Below the pieces are notes generated by a model. It was given only the letters and a program-made list of their open reading frames with translations. It did no database searches and was not told the origin of the DNA. From contig NW_021836147.1 in the NCBI RefSeq assembly GCF_006345805.1, positions 1-64,000 of the forward strand: a DNA stretch of 64,000 bases, given 5' to 3'. Numbering within the stretch: the first letter of the stretch is position 1; each line of letters begins with the position of its first letter. This DNA is from Octopus sinensis (taxonomy: Eukaryota). A program made the position numbers and the translations under genes. Positions 38,168 through 52,055 of the stretch are shown one piece after another.

Positions 38168-38699
38168 TCACAAGGTGTGGAATATGAATAGATGTACAGT
38201 GTTCGGGTTAAATACGACATGATTTATCTTTCCTTTTTTTTTTCGAGAACAGTTTGATGTATTATATGATAGTCAGCATCGTTGGAGTGCATAAAGGTTA
38301 AAGTTGTAGTTGAGAATAAGTAAGCTGATATGGAGGACTGGAAATTCCTGTTACTCTGGAATTTCTATGACTTGCCGCTGCTTCTTCGGCTAAACAAGTG
38401 TTTGTTAAATTACTAGAATCCAAGTTTGTATTGAGTACACACTCTCTAGATCGTTAACTAACAACGGGTAGGTGTATGTATGTATGTTCACACACACACA
38501 AACACATTTATATATCCATTCATATATACATATATACATACATACATGTATATATATTTAAAAAAATTTTTACTACCAGTGGCCTAGCGTATAGAAAAAT
38601 TAGTCAATAGACTATATACTATTCATATAAAATACAGTGTACATTTAAACACCTTGAGCTAGCGTAAGGGAGTCCTATGATGGAAACCTCTTAATGTGT

Positions 38700-38718
38700 T
38701 TAAATGTACACTGCATTT

Positions 38719-38801
<83 letters not shown>

Positions 38802-38991
38802 TTATACACTCATATGCACATATATATATATATACATATGTATGTGTGCATGTAAGTATGTATATATATATATATATATCACGGTGACCGAGCAGGCTAT
38901 CAGATGTTGCTTGCTACACATCGCTGGTCACAATGCGCTTCGCATTGTATTAGCCTTCAAATGACGCCATCCCGCTGGCTAAGCGAGCAGG

Positions 38992-39035
<44 letters not shown>

Positions 39036-39147
39036 GTGTGTGTGTGTATACCTACATTTATGCACTCATATGCACATATATATATGTACATATGGATGTA
39101 CGTATGCATGCATGTATGTATATATATATAAGCATATATATGCATAC

Positions 39148-39197
<50 letters not shown>

Positions 39198-39225
39198 ACA
39201 TACATACACACGCATATATATATAT
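38700..39225. repeat. (TA)n/(TATG)n/(CA)n compound microsatellite
   Basis: Direct reading. Confidence 0.9.
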
Positions 39226-39878
39226 GTCCGTTAAATCACTCGACGCAAGACAACATAATTATCACATTTTAAGCTAAAATTATATAATTTTCCCTGAACA
39301 GTGTATTTGCAGCCGGGCATCTGTATTTTTATCCACTCTATATCATTAATTATATTCCTGGTTTGCTTAGATTGACCTTCTTGGTTGGCAATTTACCATT
39401 GAAATATTTCGGTACCTTGAATATATATCTACTCCGGGAACTCTTCATACATTTCATTAGACCCATCAACAATATCATTAGTTTCCCTACCAATAGGTTT
39501 ACTTGGTATAATTGCTTATAACTAAATAGAAAATCTATGTGAACTGTTTCATTTCATTCGTCAGTAAGTTCTTAATTTTCTCTTTCTTCGGTCATTCTCT
39601 TCGTTTTCTTTTTGTTTTTCCCCCCTCTTCTTTGTTTTTGGCATCTATTTCAAAAAAAATAAAATCTTTAATGGTTTTATTTTCAACTTGTTTTAAACAA
39701 ACAACCTCATAACTGTGCCCCTCCCCCCCGCAACTCATCCCGGATCTGATGCACCTGTTTGTCTGTGAAAATGGCTGAGTTCACTTGTTTGTGTTTAGAC
39801 TTTAGGACGCCATAGCTTGTATCTTGTGTCTGTGCTGATGTAGTGAGTTCTTTGTACTCGCAATCCTCTTCTTACTTT

Positions 39879-39879
<1 letters not shown>

Positions 39880-39912
<33 letters not shown>

Positions 39913-39958
39913 GCATCATCATCATCATCATCATCGTTGTCCGTTTTCGTCGTCATCG

Positions 39959-39991
<33 letters not shown>

Positions 39992-40018
39992 ACATCATCA
40001 TCATCCTCATCATCATCG

Positions 40019-40050
<32 letters not shown>

Positions 40051-40073
40051 GTTGTCCGTTTTCGTCGTCATCG

Positions 40074-40111
<38 letters not shown>

Positions 40112-40121
40112 GTCATCATCG

Positions 40122-40153
<32 letters not shown>

Positions 40154-40720
40154 GTTGTCCATTTTCGTCACCATTGTCATCATCATCATCATCATCATCA
40201 TCATCGTTGTCCGCTGTCCGTTGTCGTCGTCATCATCATCGTCATCGTCACCATCGTCATCAACATTGTCGTCATCATTGCAATATTTATCGCCACCTAT
40301 AACGTCATCATCAACACGGTCGTCATCATCATCTCTGTTACCACTTCTACATCACTACCACCACTACCACCACCACCACCACCACCTCCACCAGCCACAT
40401 CATTACCACCGTGGCTATCATCATAATCGTCATCATCATCATCATCATCATCATCATCTATTTCTTTTTCTCTACCACCACCACCATCATCACCATGACC
40501 ACCACCTTTTTCATCATCTTTCATCCACTTCACTACCGCATTCTTCATCACCACCTCTGCCGACATGATCACCACAATGCCAACCATCATCATCACTTAT
40601 ATCACCAATACCTATCACCACCACTTCCTCCATCCTATTACTACCACCGTGTCCATCATCGGAATATCAACGTCGTCGTCGTCCTCCTCCTCCTTATTAT
40701 CTTCATCATCTCTTCATCAT
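39880..40720. repeat. (CAT)n-based cryptic repeat with higher-order units
   Basis: CGTTGTCC(G/A) interruptions at 39935, 40050, 40153 and 40205. Confidence 0.9.
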
Positions 40721-40821
40721 GAATGAATGAAACCTTAATTACTAAGGAAATTCCTAATTCTATTTCTGAGGTTTTTGCGAAATTTGACGAAATAAAAAAA
40801 CCAATTGTCAATAATGTAAAC

Positions 40822-41696
40822 TATTAGGTCATCCCATAAGTTCTGTCCGAATTTTGAATAAAGAAAACAAGTGATCAAATGTTATATTTAATTGAAATTT
40901 AATCCCCAATGTACTTTCCCTGATTATCTATGACTTCCTTCCATCTATTTACAAGCTTTTTAATCCCATCAATGTAAAACTCTTTTGGTTTCAAAGCGAA
41001 GAACTCAGAAATGTCAGTTTCGACCTCCTCCTGGCTTGCGAAAGTTATGTCCCCCAAATAATTTTGTAAACTCTGAAGGAGCAAGGTCGGAAGAATAAGG
41101 TGAATGAGGAATTTTTTCCCAACCAAGCTCTTCGATCTTCTGTGATGTGATCTTTGCACTGTGGGGTCTCGCATTGTCCTGATGAAACATCACTCCTTTT
41201 CGATTCACTAAACCGAGTCTTTTTTACTTCAAAGCTTTGAACTAAGCTTTATTGCCAATTCTTCAACTGATAATGCAGGATTTTCTTCAAGTAATGCCTC
41301 AAGAAGCTTATCACTAAACTCAACTGGGCGTCCTGTTTGAACTTCATCTTCAAGGCTGAAATCTCCACTTCTGAATTTTGCAAACCATCTTTTGCAAGTT
41401 CTTTCATTCAAGCATTCTTTCCAATAAACTGAGTGTATATTTTGAGTCGCTTCGGCTGCAGGGTTTCCTTTTTTGTACTCATAGAGCATTATGTGCCTTA
41501 AATGCTCTTTGGATACTTCCATGTTGGAAAATCAAAGAAATTCTAATTCTATTATTCTGTAAAATAATACTTAATTTAAATGTACCCAAATGCATAAAAA
41601 TAATTTTTAGTTCCATTAGACATTCTATAATGCTATTAAATTTCATTCAATTTTAAAAAAGGTAAAATCGGACAGAACTTATGGGATGATCTGATA
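40822..41696 (-). mobile_element. Internally deleted mariner element
   Basis: TIRs TA(T)(T/C)AG(G/A)TCATCCCATAAGTTCTGTCCGA with TA ends; HTH region (HLRHIMLYEYKKG..RWFAKFRSGDFSLED..GRP) fused to FHQDNARPH..HSPYSSDLAPS and the C-terminus. Confidence 0.93.
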
Positions 41697-43842
41697 TACG
41701 GTAATTTAGTCTTCTAAATCATTATCTTTAAAAGACAATATATTGGACAAGTTATAGCAAACAGAACGGCGCTTGACATTGTTTCTATAGTATGAAAGGC
41801 CCTTCTTATAATTTCAAGCAAAATACCTGCGTATTTATCTGAGTTAGATGGAAATTGATAAAGAGCATGTTCTAATTCAGAAAAGTTTGCTTTAATCAAA
41901 ATCTGGCAGAATTTAACTTATTTCATTTGTCCTCTTCCTTCTGTTATATTAGAGTAAGCCTTTTTTTATTTTATTAAAATCTAAAGCTTAATAAGTATAA
42001 AATATTGGTGAACAATTTCGGCAAAAAGTATATATTGACAAATATGATGCTATAAGGATTCATACCTACGCATATATCGCCATCAATTCAGTAACTGTTA
42101 TCATATTCGTATGGCTTGAACAACACAGAACAATAGCGGTATAGATAGAGGCAAACTATCCATCCTCCTTAACATAATCCTCCACAGAGTTGTTTTGTGC
42201 TGTCACTATCACCAGCATCACTAACAACAACAACAATAACAAAGCAACAAAGGCAAGGATAACAACTGTTTAGAAAATATCTTTGTAATTCTTTATTGTT
42301 TTTTTTTTACGTTTTTGGGGATATGGCTTACATGTCTGTAAAGAAGTATTCAACAGATAATGGCAGTTTTGCTATTCATTGTGAATAGGTAGGACATATC
42401 TTTGTAAGTGCTCACATTGCTTTATTCCTAAATATAGTAGGCCACAAGTGCTTACTGCTGCAGCAAAATCGGAAGCTCTCTTGTCTATATAGATCTGAGA
42501 TAATTTTCATATTGCCTGATTTCAGTTTCACAAAGGCAGATGGCAATGTCTCTCGATTGACATCATTTAACATATAATGGTGCATAACAAACAATCAAGC
42601 AAGGAAACAAAAATAACAATCTAAATAATGATAAAGATATTGGAATTGATTGAATCAATATGGCTTACTGTCAAAAAATGTCATTAAGGAAATATTTAAT
42701 GTTAGAAAGGTTTTTTATTACGCTCCCAAAATTCAACAAAGAAGACAAGTATTTCAGTTTGCTACTGGTAGTATGGAATGAAGCTTTTAAGTAAATCGTT
42801 ACGCATTACGAATTAAAAAATATTGTGTGTAGTTAATTCTAAAACTGTATTTAAAAGGGTGTTGCTGCTCTGCGACAGCAAACACTTATCTTTAAATTAT
42901 ATATTCGCACACTTGCATACAAGCATGTAGTTTGTGTAGGATGAGTTACTGCTATTAGAGTGTAGAAGATATATTAGCAATTCAGATACACGCAAAAGCT
43001 ATTAACGTCATTTAATAATTTATTTAGTTCGTCGTATTATCTGCCACCTTGTCACTGACAGTTTCACAGCAACTGGTCTGAAACAAGTTTGTTGGCCAGT
43101 ATATATAGGCCTCAAAGTTTAAAAAATACCGTTTTTCTCACCTGTATAGGTCTGTCATTCTGTTTGTCATTGCCTAATGTTCATTGCAGGTAGTTCATTT
43201 GAATTTTTGGTTGAAGTTTAAGTTTGTGGTATGTATACTCTCTTCTTTTCTTCTCCCAGTGCGGCACTTATTTCAGTGTGCTGTTGTATAGCTGAATCAT
43301 AACTTAATGACTTTAAAGAGAATTTATCAGCCCATCACGGAAGAGAATAACTGTAGGAATGGTAGTAGTATTAGCAATACGTGTCAAAGTAACTTTGTGG
43401 CATGTATCATAAACTCACATATCAGCTACAAAGTCTGAAATATTGTATTCTGGATACGATGCCTGGAAGAAACATATACAGACTTCTCAAGATGCTACGT
43501 AGATGAAGTTTCCCGGAGGATTAACGAAAGAGTCAGCAGGTACTGGAACGGCAAAGACGAAGAAAGATCTAATTCCGTTTTCTCCCAACTCGTATTAGAT
43601 TGTCATAATGGCTCCATAAGAAACTTAATTTAGATATTTTAACTATTCGTACGTCTGATACTTTATTAAGGCAGGTCACAGAGTCCGTCTACATACCAGT
43701 GTGTAAGTCTAACTTCTTCCACCAGTCCGAATGTGGTGACATCAGTACACTTCACGTAAGCGGTCTTCAGTTCTCATCCGTTATAAAAGATATGTTGCCA
43801 GAGACTCTCAATGGTTTACTGTTATACTGTTATATGACGCAG

Positions 43843-44195
43843 ACATGGTGGTAAGAAGTTTGCTTCCTCAAGAAAATGATTGGGTTCAGTTCCATACATG
43901 GCACCTTGGGCAAGTATCTTCTACAACAGCCTTGAACTGACTAAAGCCTTAATGAAACTAAACGAAGCTCGTCGTACATATATATGCGTATGTGTGTGTT
44001 TGTATCTGTATTCGACCCTTGCCACCGCTAGACAACCGGTGTTGCTGTGTTTATGTAGCCGTAACTTAGCGGCTCGGCAAAAGTGACCGACAGAATAAGA
44101 ATTAGGCTTAAAAAATAAGTACTGGGGTTGATTCAGTCGACTAAAAATGCTTCAAGGCGGTGCCCCAGCATGGCCACAGCCTAATGACTGAAACA
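43843..44195 (+). mobile_element. SINE family A, diverged
   Basis: GGTAAGAAGTTTGCT..GGGTTCAGTTCCA..AAGGCGGTGCCCCAGCATGGCC. Confidence 0.8.
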
Positions 44196-46001
44196 TGTAA
44201 AAGATAATATTTGTATATGCACAAACACGGGCACACACACACACACACATACACGCATATGTACAAATATACATATATACATATGCATACATATGAAATA
44301 ATGTGTGCCCTAGTAATTAATGTGAAGTATTCATTATCGTAAGGTCGTGAGTTTCCATTCATGGACCAGGCGGTGCGTGTGTCCTTGAGCAAAGAATATA
44401 ATTTATTTGTATGTGTATATATATATGTGTGTGTGTGTGTGTATGTGTGTGCGTGTGTGTCTGTGTGCGTGTGTGTCTGTGTGTGTGTGTATGGCGGGGA
44501 GCCAATACACTTTTCTCAAATGACCGAATCCACCTAGGTACTTCAGGGTTGTAAACTGTGTAAGTTTGCATGTATAAATAGGCTTATGGGTACATATACA
44601 CGTGTGTGATTAGCCTTATAGATTGAACATTCGAATACTGTTCACCGATCATATATTTCTTATCAATTGTACATTGATCTTAGTTTAGCAATATAGATTA
44701 TTATGTTCAGGAGGAGTACTACGTTCAATTTTTAAATGAGTGAAAGTTTTGAATTGAGTGTAAAATTTAAAACCATTTCAACATTTTGTTTTTGGTTGAA
44801 GTAATCATTTATCTTTTTTATGTTCTCGTGCATAAGAAGCTCGTCTTACAACCACGATTCCTTGCGTTACACCTTGTGCAAGAGTTTTCTAACCTCGGGT
44901 TGACCCGTGCCCTGAGAATGGAATTTGATAAGTGCAATTTGAAAGTCAGCATAAAATTAACTCATACTGAATTTCATGATTCAATACATAATAAATAGCT
45001 GATTAACTTAAATCAATTATTCATATTAAATTATTCATACATGCAATTTTTATCACAATTTTTTTCCTGATTTAATGATGAAAATGATAAAGATGAGGAG
45101 ACGAAGAATAATATTCTACAACTATTACTACTTCCGCTATTTACATTTAAGTGCAGAATTTTTTCAGCTGTTAGCCATAACGCATAAGTGTGAAAATTTA
45201 TTTTTTCAGTGCCATTACTAACTTTCATGAGAGTTCTGCTGCCGTTTCAACTTATAAGAATTTATTTAACTAATGATAATTTGAATAAGAGCTAACGCTA
45301 TTTCCAGTCCGCAGCTGCAACTGACCGTGTTAAAGGAAACTCATCACTTTATATAAGTCATCCTATTTGCACCTTCTATTAAAAATGTTTGAGCAGCTTT
45401 ACCAATCTATAGCCCGTTCTTTGTCACTGTTTCTATGATTGACAGGTACACTTTTCTGGAGGTCAGACTGTCATAAGAAATAACCAGTGATGAAATGCTT
45501 TAGACGGCACCACTGTTCCCTTGCTGGTATCTTTAGAAACTCCATATTTCAGATTCGAATATATTCAACGAAGACAAAAACGCCAACGAATTATAAAGGA
45601 TATATTATCTGGATAATTTAATCTGTCCTAATCCAATTATCGGTAACTATGAAAAATTACTTGACACTTGTGAAATGGTTAGTTATTCTAAAGGAAGTAA
45701 ATGTTTCAATTCAAAATTCATAGGAGTTTCGGATAAGTTTAATTATTGGGAGACACGTAGAACCTAATGTTTTGTGTTTGGCCCTTCATCTGCAAGTGAG
45801 CACCAGAATGGAGTAAGGAGTAAGGCTTAGAGAGAGAGAGGTCATGTGAGAGAATCAGTTATGTTAGGGACGATGTGAATTAAATGAGTTGGAGAGCAAA
45901 AGATTAGAGAGGGTAAGTAGAAAGAACCAGAGCCACGAATACGACAAAATGAAAGGTGAGAAGTTCAAATAAACGGCGAAGTCGCGAAAAATAAGTAGAG
46001 A

Positions 46002-46071
<70 letters not shown>

Positions 46072-46296
46072 AAGGTTTCTTTTCATCCAGCGACTATGTA
46101 CAAGATCCTTCATCATCTCGTTTATCATACTTACTATACTGCTTCCAGGAATAGCTTTGTTATTCAATAAATTTTCGGGATGAAATTAGCGAATAAGTAA
46201 ACTACCAGCATGGAAGACACATTAAAGTTTATACTGCATGCCAAATAAAACCTAGGTGTGTATACATTATGCATGCATATGTGCCTAATTATGCAC

Positions 46297-46394
<98 letters not shown>

Positions 46395-46961
46395 TAATAC
46401 TTCAAATATACCGTAAATGGTCCTTTTACATACCGAATACTGCTTGGTCGAATTGATTAACAATTAATTAATTCTACCCTTTTTTACTGACAATATAATG
46501 ATTTCTCTCCAAGAATTTGAACTACAGTTTTCGCCTCTGTAGAAATGCACTACTCTATGACTCACGTGGGTGGACAGGGAGAATAATAGATCTCATTTGT
46601 ATTTTTGGATTCGCTAGTACTGGGTGTCCAGCATAGTTTGTCCGATGTTACAGATATCGGATGGGTATGTTTGGTTCTTAGTATTTTCAAATCCAAATCA
46701 GAAGAAATCTCTGAGCTGATGAAGGAAAAGTGGCGTTTAACCCACGAATCCAGAAACAGGCTGTTCTCGGGTATCTTATATGGATGTGATCTTTCATTGT
46801 TTTTCCCTTATACCTATGTGAGTTATTTTCTGAGTATGCATTGTCTGGAGACTTTTACTTGCAGTTGAAGAAATAGCCAAATTTTTGGCTGCTATTTCTG
46901 AAAAGTTCGGTGTGCGGTAAAGTGATTTTTTTTACTTTACCATATTTTTATAAATTAATAC
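46395..46961 (+). mobile_element. Monomeric relative of the 593-bp HHR unit, between (AT)n tracts
   Basis: Shares the 5' block TTTTACAT(A/G)CCGAA..CTTGGT..AATTGAT..AATTAATTAATT and the 3' block GCTATTTCT..TTCGGT.TG.GGTAA with the unit; HHR in the middle. Confidence 0.7.
46711..46770 (+). ncRNA. Putative type I hammerhead (GUU site after 46765)
   Basis: CTGAG-CTGATGA-AGGA...TCCA-GAAA-CAGGCTG-TT/CTCGG; base of stem II imperfect. Confidence 0.6.
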
Positions 46962-46976
46962 TATATATATATAGAT

Positions 46977-47055
<79 letters not shown>

Positions 47056-47211
47056 TACGGGTGTGTGTGATTGTGTATAGAAGAATATATTAATAAAAGG
47101 AATTCGAACCTTGTCTGATTTTCACGTTTTATTTACAATCTTATAATGATATAATATAAGATAATATAATATAATAAAATAAAATATAGAATGCTAAATG
47201 TTCATTCTGAT

Positions 47212-47256
47212 TGAACTAGTACTTTCATGCATTAAATTCTGCAATCTTCAGGTTCA
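47212..47256 (-). ncRNA. Putative minimal type I hammerhead (CUA site)
   Basis: TGAAC-CTGAAGA-TTGCA(GAATTTAA)TGCAT-GAAA-GTAC-TA/GTTCA; palindromic helix III AGTACT. Confidence 0.6.
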
Positions 47257-49214
47257 TGTAGTAGTGGTGACAGTCATGCTTCACAATTTTTGACTGTATA
47301 TATATGACTATATATATATGAGGAGCAGAAGTGTAGTCTATAAATGCTTATCAATATAGGATTCCATTATAGGGACAACACTTCTGCGAAACGATCGTGA
47401 GATGCTTTAAAAATTTAATTCGAAACTTTTAAATTGCCATATGTATTATTATATATTATATATTCATACTTATACATATTTACATATAATTTTATATATA
47501 TTTATATTTTTAATACAACAATTATTCTACACACGTATATATCTGTCGGAAGAATTCTCTGATATTGATTTCCTGATATTAAGAATATATTATATGGTAT
47601 ATATATATATATAATGTACATACGCAATACACATATATATAACACATGTATGCCTTTACGAATAATAAGAGAGCACCTACAGTTGACCTGACAGAAATAG
47701 AAGAAAAGAAGGACACAAAGAATGTTTTCCGAAATGCATTCTTGGAAAAATACGAAATGGTTATAGATGGGACGCTTTAATCATAAGTCATCTGGATCAG
47801 GTCTGACCAGCAACTAAACAATACAATAACGATGCATATTCTGTAAGGCGTGTGTCATTTTCTAGTAATATGGGCTTCAAAACAGAATTACTTTCAATTA
47901 CTAATTGTAATATACAAAAAAACGTAAGTGACGTAGTCGAATACTCCAAAATTATTGGCATGATTCTTCTTTAACTTATCACGTTTCTAACTCAAAACCT
48001 ATTACACTAGTACAGTCAGACTTTGTTATTATCATTGTTGAAACTGATGAATATTTGTCTTACCTGAGAGTAACTGAGATCTCTGCAGATTCATGATCAA
48101 CTGAAACTTCAGTTTATACAATAGATCCTCAACGCTTCTTTATTTTTCAACAGTATCTTAACTTTAATTATTTTCTGTTTGCTCTGGTTTCATAATGCCT
48201 GAATACTTCCCTTTCTAGTTTACATAATACTCTATTTGATACGACTAAGATATATCACTTCAATGTTCATTGTATTTATTTTTGTTTTCAACAATAAAAC
48301 TTCAAAGAATTGTTACAGAGCTAATCATCAGTCATTTAATCCCTGGTTTACTTTAATGATATCTTTTCGTTTTTAAACACTATTATTCGCTGAATCTCTC
48401 ATCAGATTTTATTTTATCTAAGATATGTTTCCTGCAGCTTGTGTGAACTTTAAAGGACATGTATAGATTCTGGAAGCCAGAAACTTCCTTATTAACTTAC
48501 CTTTGTTTGATATAATGTGTACAATTTTCTTGTCAGAATTATCTAGTAATCCATATTATATAATTTCTATAATACTCTTAACTGCAAGATTTATTCAAAA
48601 TCTAATTCAGGAGAAAACAAACAGTTTTACAAATTTTAATCCGTCGTTGCTTAGACTCCAAATTACTTTACTACTAAATTAATAACGCGATACGAAACTG
48701 AAAAGTGAGATAATTCTATACTTTAATTTTAAATATTTCACTTTCTTCAAGTTAAATTTCAAATTTCATGTCGGAGTAGGTGACGGATGGAAGCTCTTTT
48801 TCTAGCGTTAATTCTATTCCACAAAGTCTTCGATTTACGCCTTTCGTTTGGTGAATCTTAAAAACAATTCCACACCAGCAGACCTTTTTTTATATTTATC
48901 ATTCTTATATTTATTCCTCAATCCTTTCCTGTATGCAGTCGTGGAAGCTTTTTTCATAGAATTTATGGAATTGAAGATGAGCGATACTTTTACTTACAGT
49001 AAGGAGTTTTTAGGAAGTGATTCTGCTGCTCCTTTTTTGATCTCTTCCAGGATGTTACTCTGTAGTATTTGTAAGTGAATCATATATCTCCATCTTTAGT
49101 TTCGTTTTGGATCTGTGCTTGTGGTGGCTCAATCTTGGCACGTACTTTTTCAGCAGCATAATCTCATTGAACTTGATGTTTTTCATCTTCTGTTCTTAAA
49201 ATTATTATTATTAA

Positions 49215-49258
<44 letters not shown>

Positions 49259-49279
49259 TATTATTATTATTATTATTGA

Positions 49280-49665
49280 GTGAGAGAGCAGTGCATGCCA
49301 TCAAAGTGACACTGGGGTAAAATATACGAAGCCCAGTATACCCATCATGACTACCCGTCTGATAAGGGTACTCTAGGCACATGCATCACAACCATATGTG
49401 CACGACATGGTGATCTCATATCAAGATAAACAGCACATGACCTTGCAGGTGGGGCCCAGTTAGAATTTTCTTCTGGTCGAGTAACTCATCCCGCTCAAAA
49501 CGTCCCTGAATAAGGGTTGTTTAAGTATGTTGAACGAAAAACCCATTTTTCGAGAGGCGAATTATTCAAACCCCAAAGCATCCCTCTCAATACATGGCTG
49601 TGATGCTCCCCCACTATTTCTGATCGTGATCAGAGATGCACATATCGCCAGCCACTAAGGAACAT
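49280..49665 (-). mobile_element. Unclassified retroposon 3' portion ending in an (AAT)n tail
   Basis: GC-richer block abutting (ATT)n; on the minus strand it ends CACTGCTCTCTCACTCAATAATAAT. Confidence 0.45.
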
Positions 49666-49769
49666 GCAAATCTGTAGTATTGAGCAGAATATTTGCTCTA
49701 GCCCATCTTTTATACCAAGACAAAACAATGTACATGATAACACTTCCAATCAGTTAAGATCAGAAGCCA

Positions 49770-49991
<222 letters not shown>

Positions 49992-50420
49992 GTGGCACTG
50001 GGCAAAATACATAGCTGCATTTCAGCCGTCTTTACATTCTGAGTTCAAATTCCACCAAAGTTGACTTGCCTTTCATCTTTTGGGGTTGATAAAATTAGCA
50101 CCATTGAAGACTGGGATCGACTAACTCCCTTCCTCAACATTTCAGGCCTTATACCTTATAGTAGATAATATTATTACTAATACTTATAACAATGATGCAT
50201 AGTCACAAATTTTAAGGGAAGAGTGCAGTCAACTGACCGAACCAGTATTTCGCTTCTACTTGATCATATTGAGAGATGATTGGTAAATCCACTTCCAGTG
50301 AGATTTCAATTTAGAAGATAATGAACATGTCTACTGCACAATATTTTATCTAGTGCTCTATCAATTCTCCATTCTACCTTCCTTGTGATAATAATATTTA
50401 TTTCTTATAAGAACATTATA

Positions 50421-50614
50421 TCTCTTTTACTTGTTTCAGTCACGTGACTATGGCCATGCTGGAGTACCGCCTTTAGTCAAGCAAATCGACCCCAGGACTT
50501 GTTCTTTGTAAGCCTATTGGTTTCTTTTGCCAAACCGCTAAGTTACGGAGACGTAAACACATCAGCATCGGTTGTCAAGCAATGTTGGGTAGACAAACAC
50601 AGATACTCAAACAT

Positions 50615-50673
<59 letters not shown>

Positions 50674-51168
50674 CGCAGGAGTGGCTGTGTGGTAAGTATC
50701 TTGCTAACCAACCACATGGTTCCGGGTTCAGTCCCACTGCGTGGCATCTTGGGCAAGTGTCTTCTGCTATAGCCCCGGGCCGACCAATGCCTTGTGAGTG
50801 GATTTGGTAGACGGAAACTGAAAGAAGCCTGTCGTATATAAGTATATATATGTGTGTATGTGTGTGTGTTTGTCCCCCTAGCATTGCTTGACAACCGGTG
50901 CTGGGGTGTTTACGTCCCCGTCACTTAGCGGTTCGGCAAAAGAGACCGATAAAATAAGTACTGGGCTTACAAAGAATAAGTCCCGGGGTCGATTTGCTCG
51001 ACTAAAGGCCGCAGTCAAATGACTGAAACAAGTAAAAGAGAGTAAAGAGTTTATACATGTATACGACGGACCTCTTTCAGTTTCCGTCTACCAAATCCAC
51101 TCACGAGGCTTTGGTCGACCCGAGGCTTTGGTAAGCAAGCTACTTACCACACAGTCACTCCTACGCCT
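50421..51168. mobile_element. SINE A (+, 50672-51049) nested in the internal microsatellite of an antisense SINE A (50421-50600 and 51060-51168)
   Basis: The two minus-strand halves are collinear around the plus-strand copy. Confidence 0.85.
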
Positions 51169-51195
51169 ATGTGCAATTATTCTTTTTTTTCTACT

Positions 51196-52055
51196 CTAGG
51201 CACAAGGCCCGAAATTTGGGGGAGGGGGCCAGTCGATTAGATCGACCCCAGTACGCACCTGGTATTTAATTTATCGACCCGTAAGGATGAAAGGCAAAGT
51301 CGATCTCGGTGGAATTTGAACTCAGAACATAAAGACAGACGAAATAATTCTAAGCATTTTGCTCGGTGTGCTAACGATTCTTATTTCTTTGTTGCCCACA
51401 AGGGGCTAAACATAGAAGGGACAAACAAGGACAGACAAAGGGATTAAGTCGATTACATCTCGACTCCAGTGCGTAACTGGTACTTAATTTATCGACCCCC
51501 AAAAGAATGAAAGGCAAAGTAAGACCTCAGCGGAATTTGAACTCAGAACATAAAGACTGACGAAATACTGCTAAGCATTTCGCCTAGTGTGCTAACATTT
51601 ATTTCTTAATTGCCCATAAGGGGCTAAACACAGAGGGGACAAACAAGGACAGAGAAAGCGATTAAGTCGATTACATCTCGACCCCAGTGCGTAACTGGTA
51701 CTTAATTTATCGACGCCAAAAGGATGAAAGGCAAAGTAGGACCTCAGCGGAATTTGAACTCAGAACATAAAGACTGACGAAATACTGCTAAGCATTTCGC
51801 CTAGTGTGCTAACATTTATTTCTTAATTGCCCATAAGGGGCTAAACACAGAGGGGACAAACAAGGACAGACAAAGCGATTAAGTCGATTACATCTCGACC
51901 CCAGTGCGTAACTGGTACTTAATTTATCGACCCCAAAAAGATGAAAGGCAAAGTAGGACCTCAGCGGAATTTGAACTCAGAACGTAACGGCAGACGAAAT
52001 ACTGCTAAGCATTTCGCCCGGCGTGCTAACGTTTTCTGCCAGCCAGCTCGCTGCC
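51196..52055 (-). mobile_element. Tandem array of SINE family B (one head, three 217/218-bp units, plus a B copy with the alternative tail)
   Basis: Units start at 51381, 51599 and 51816 and share private insertions (TACATCTCGAC; AAAGTA(A/G)GACC). Confidence 0.9.

Noticed and set aside
48990-49170. Splice-like signals and protein-looking frames on both strands
   Set aside because: All extended frames contain stops and no motif was recognised
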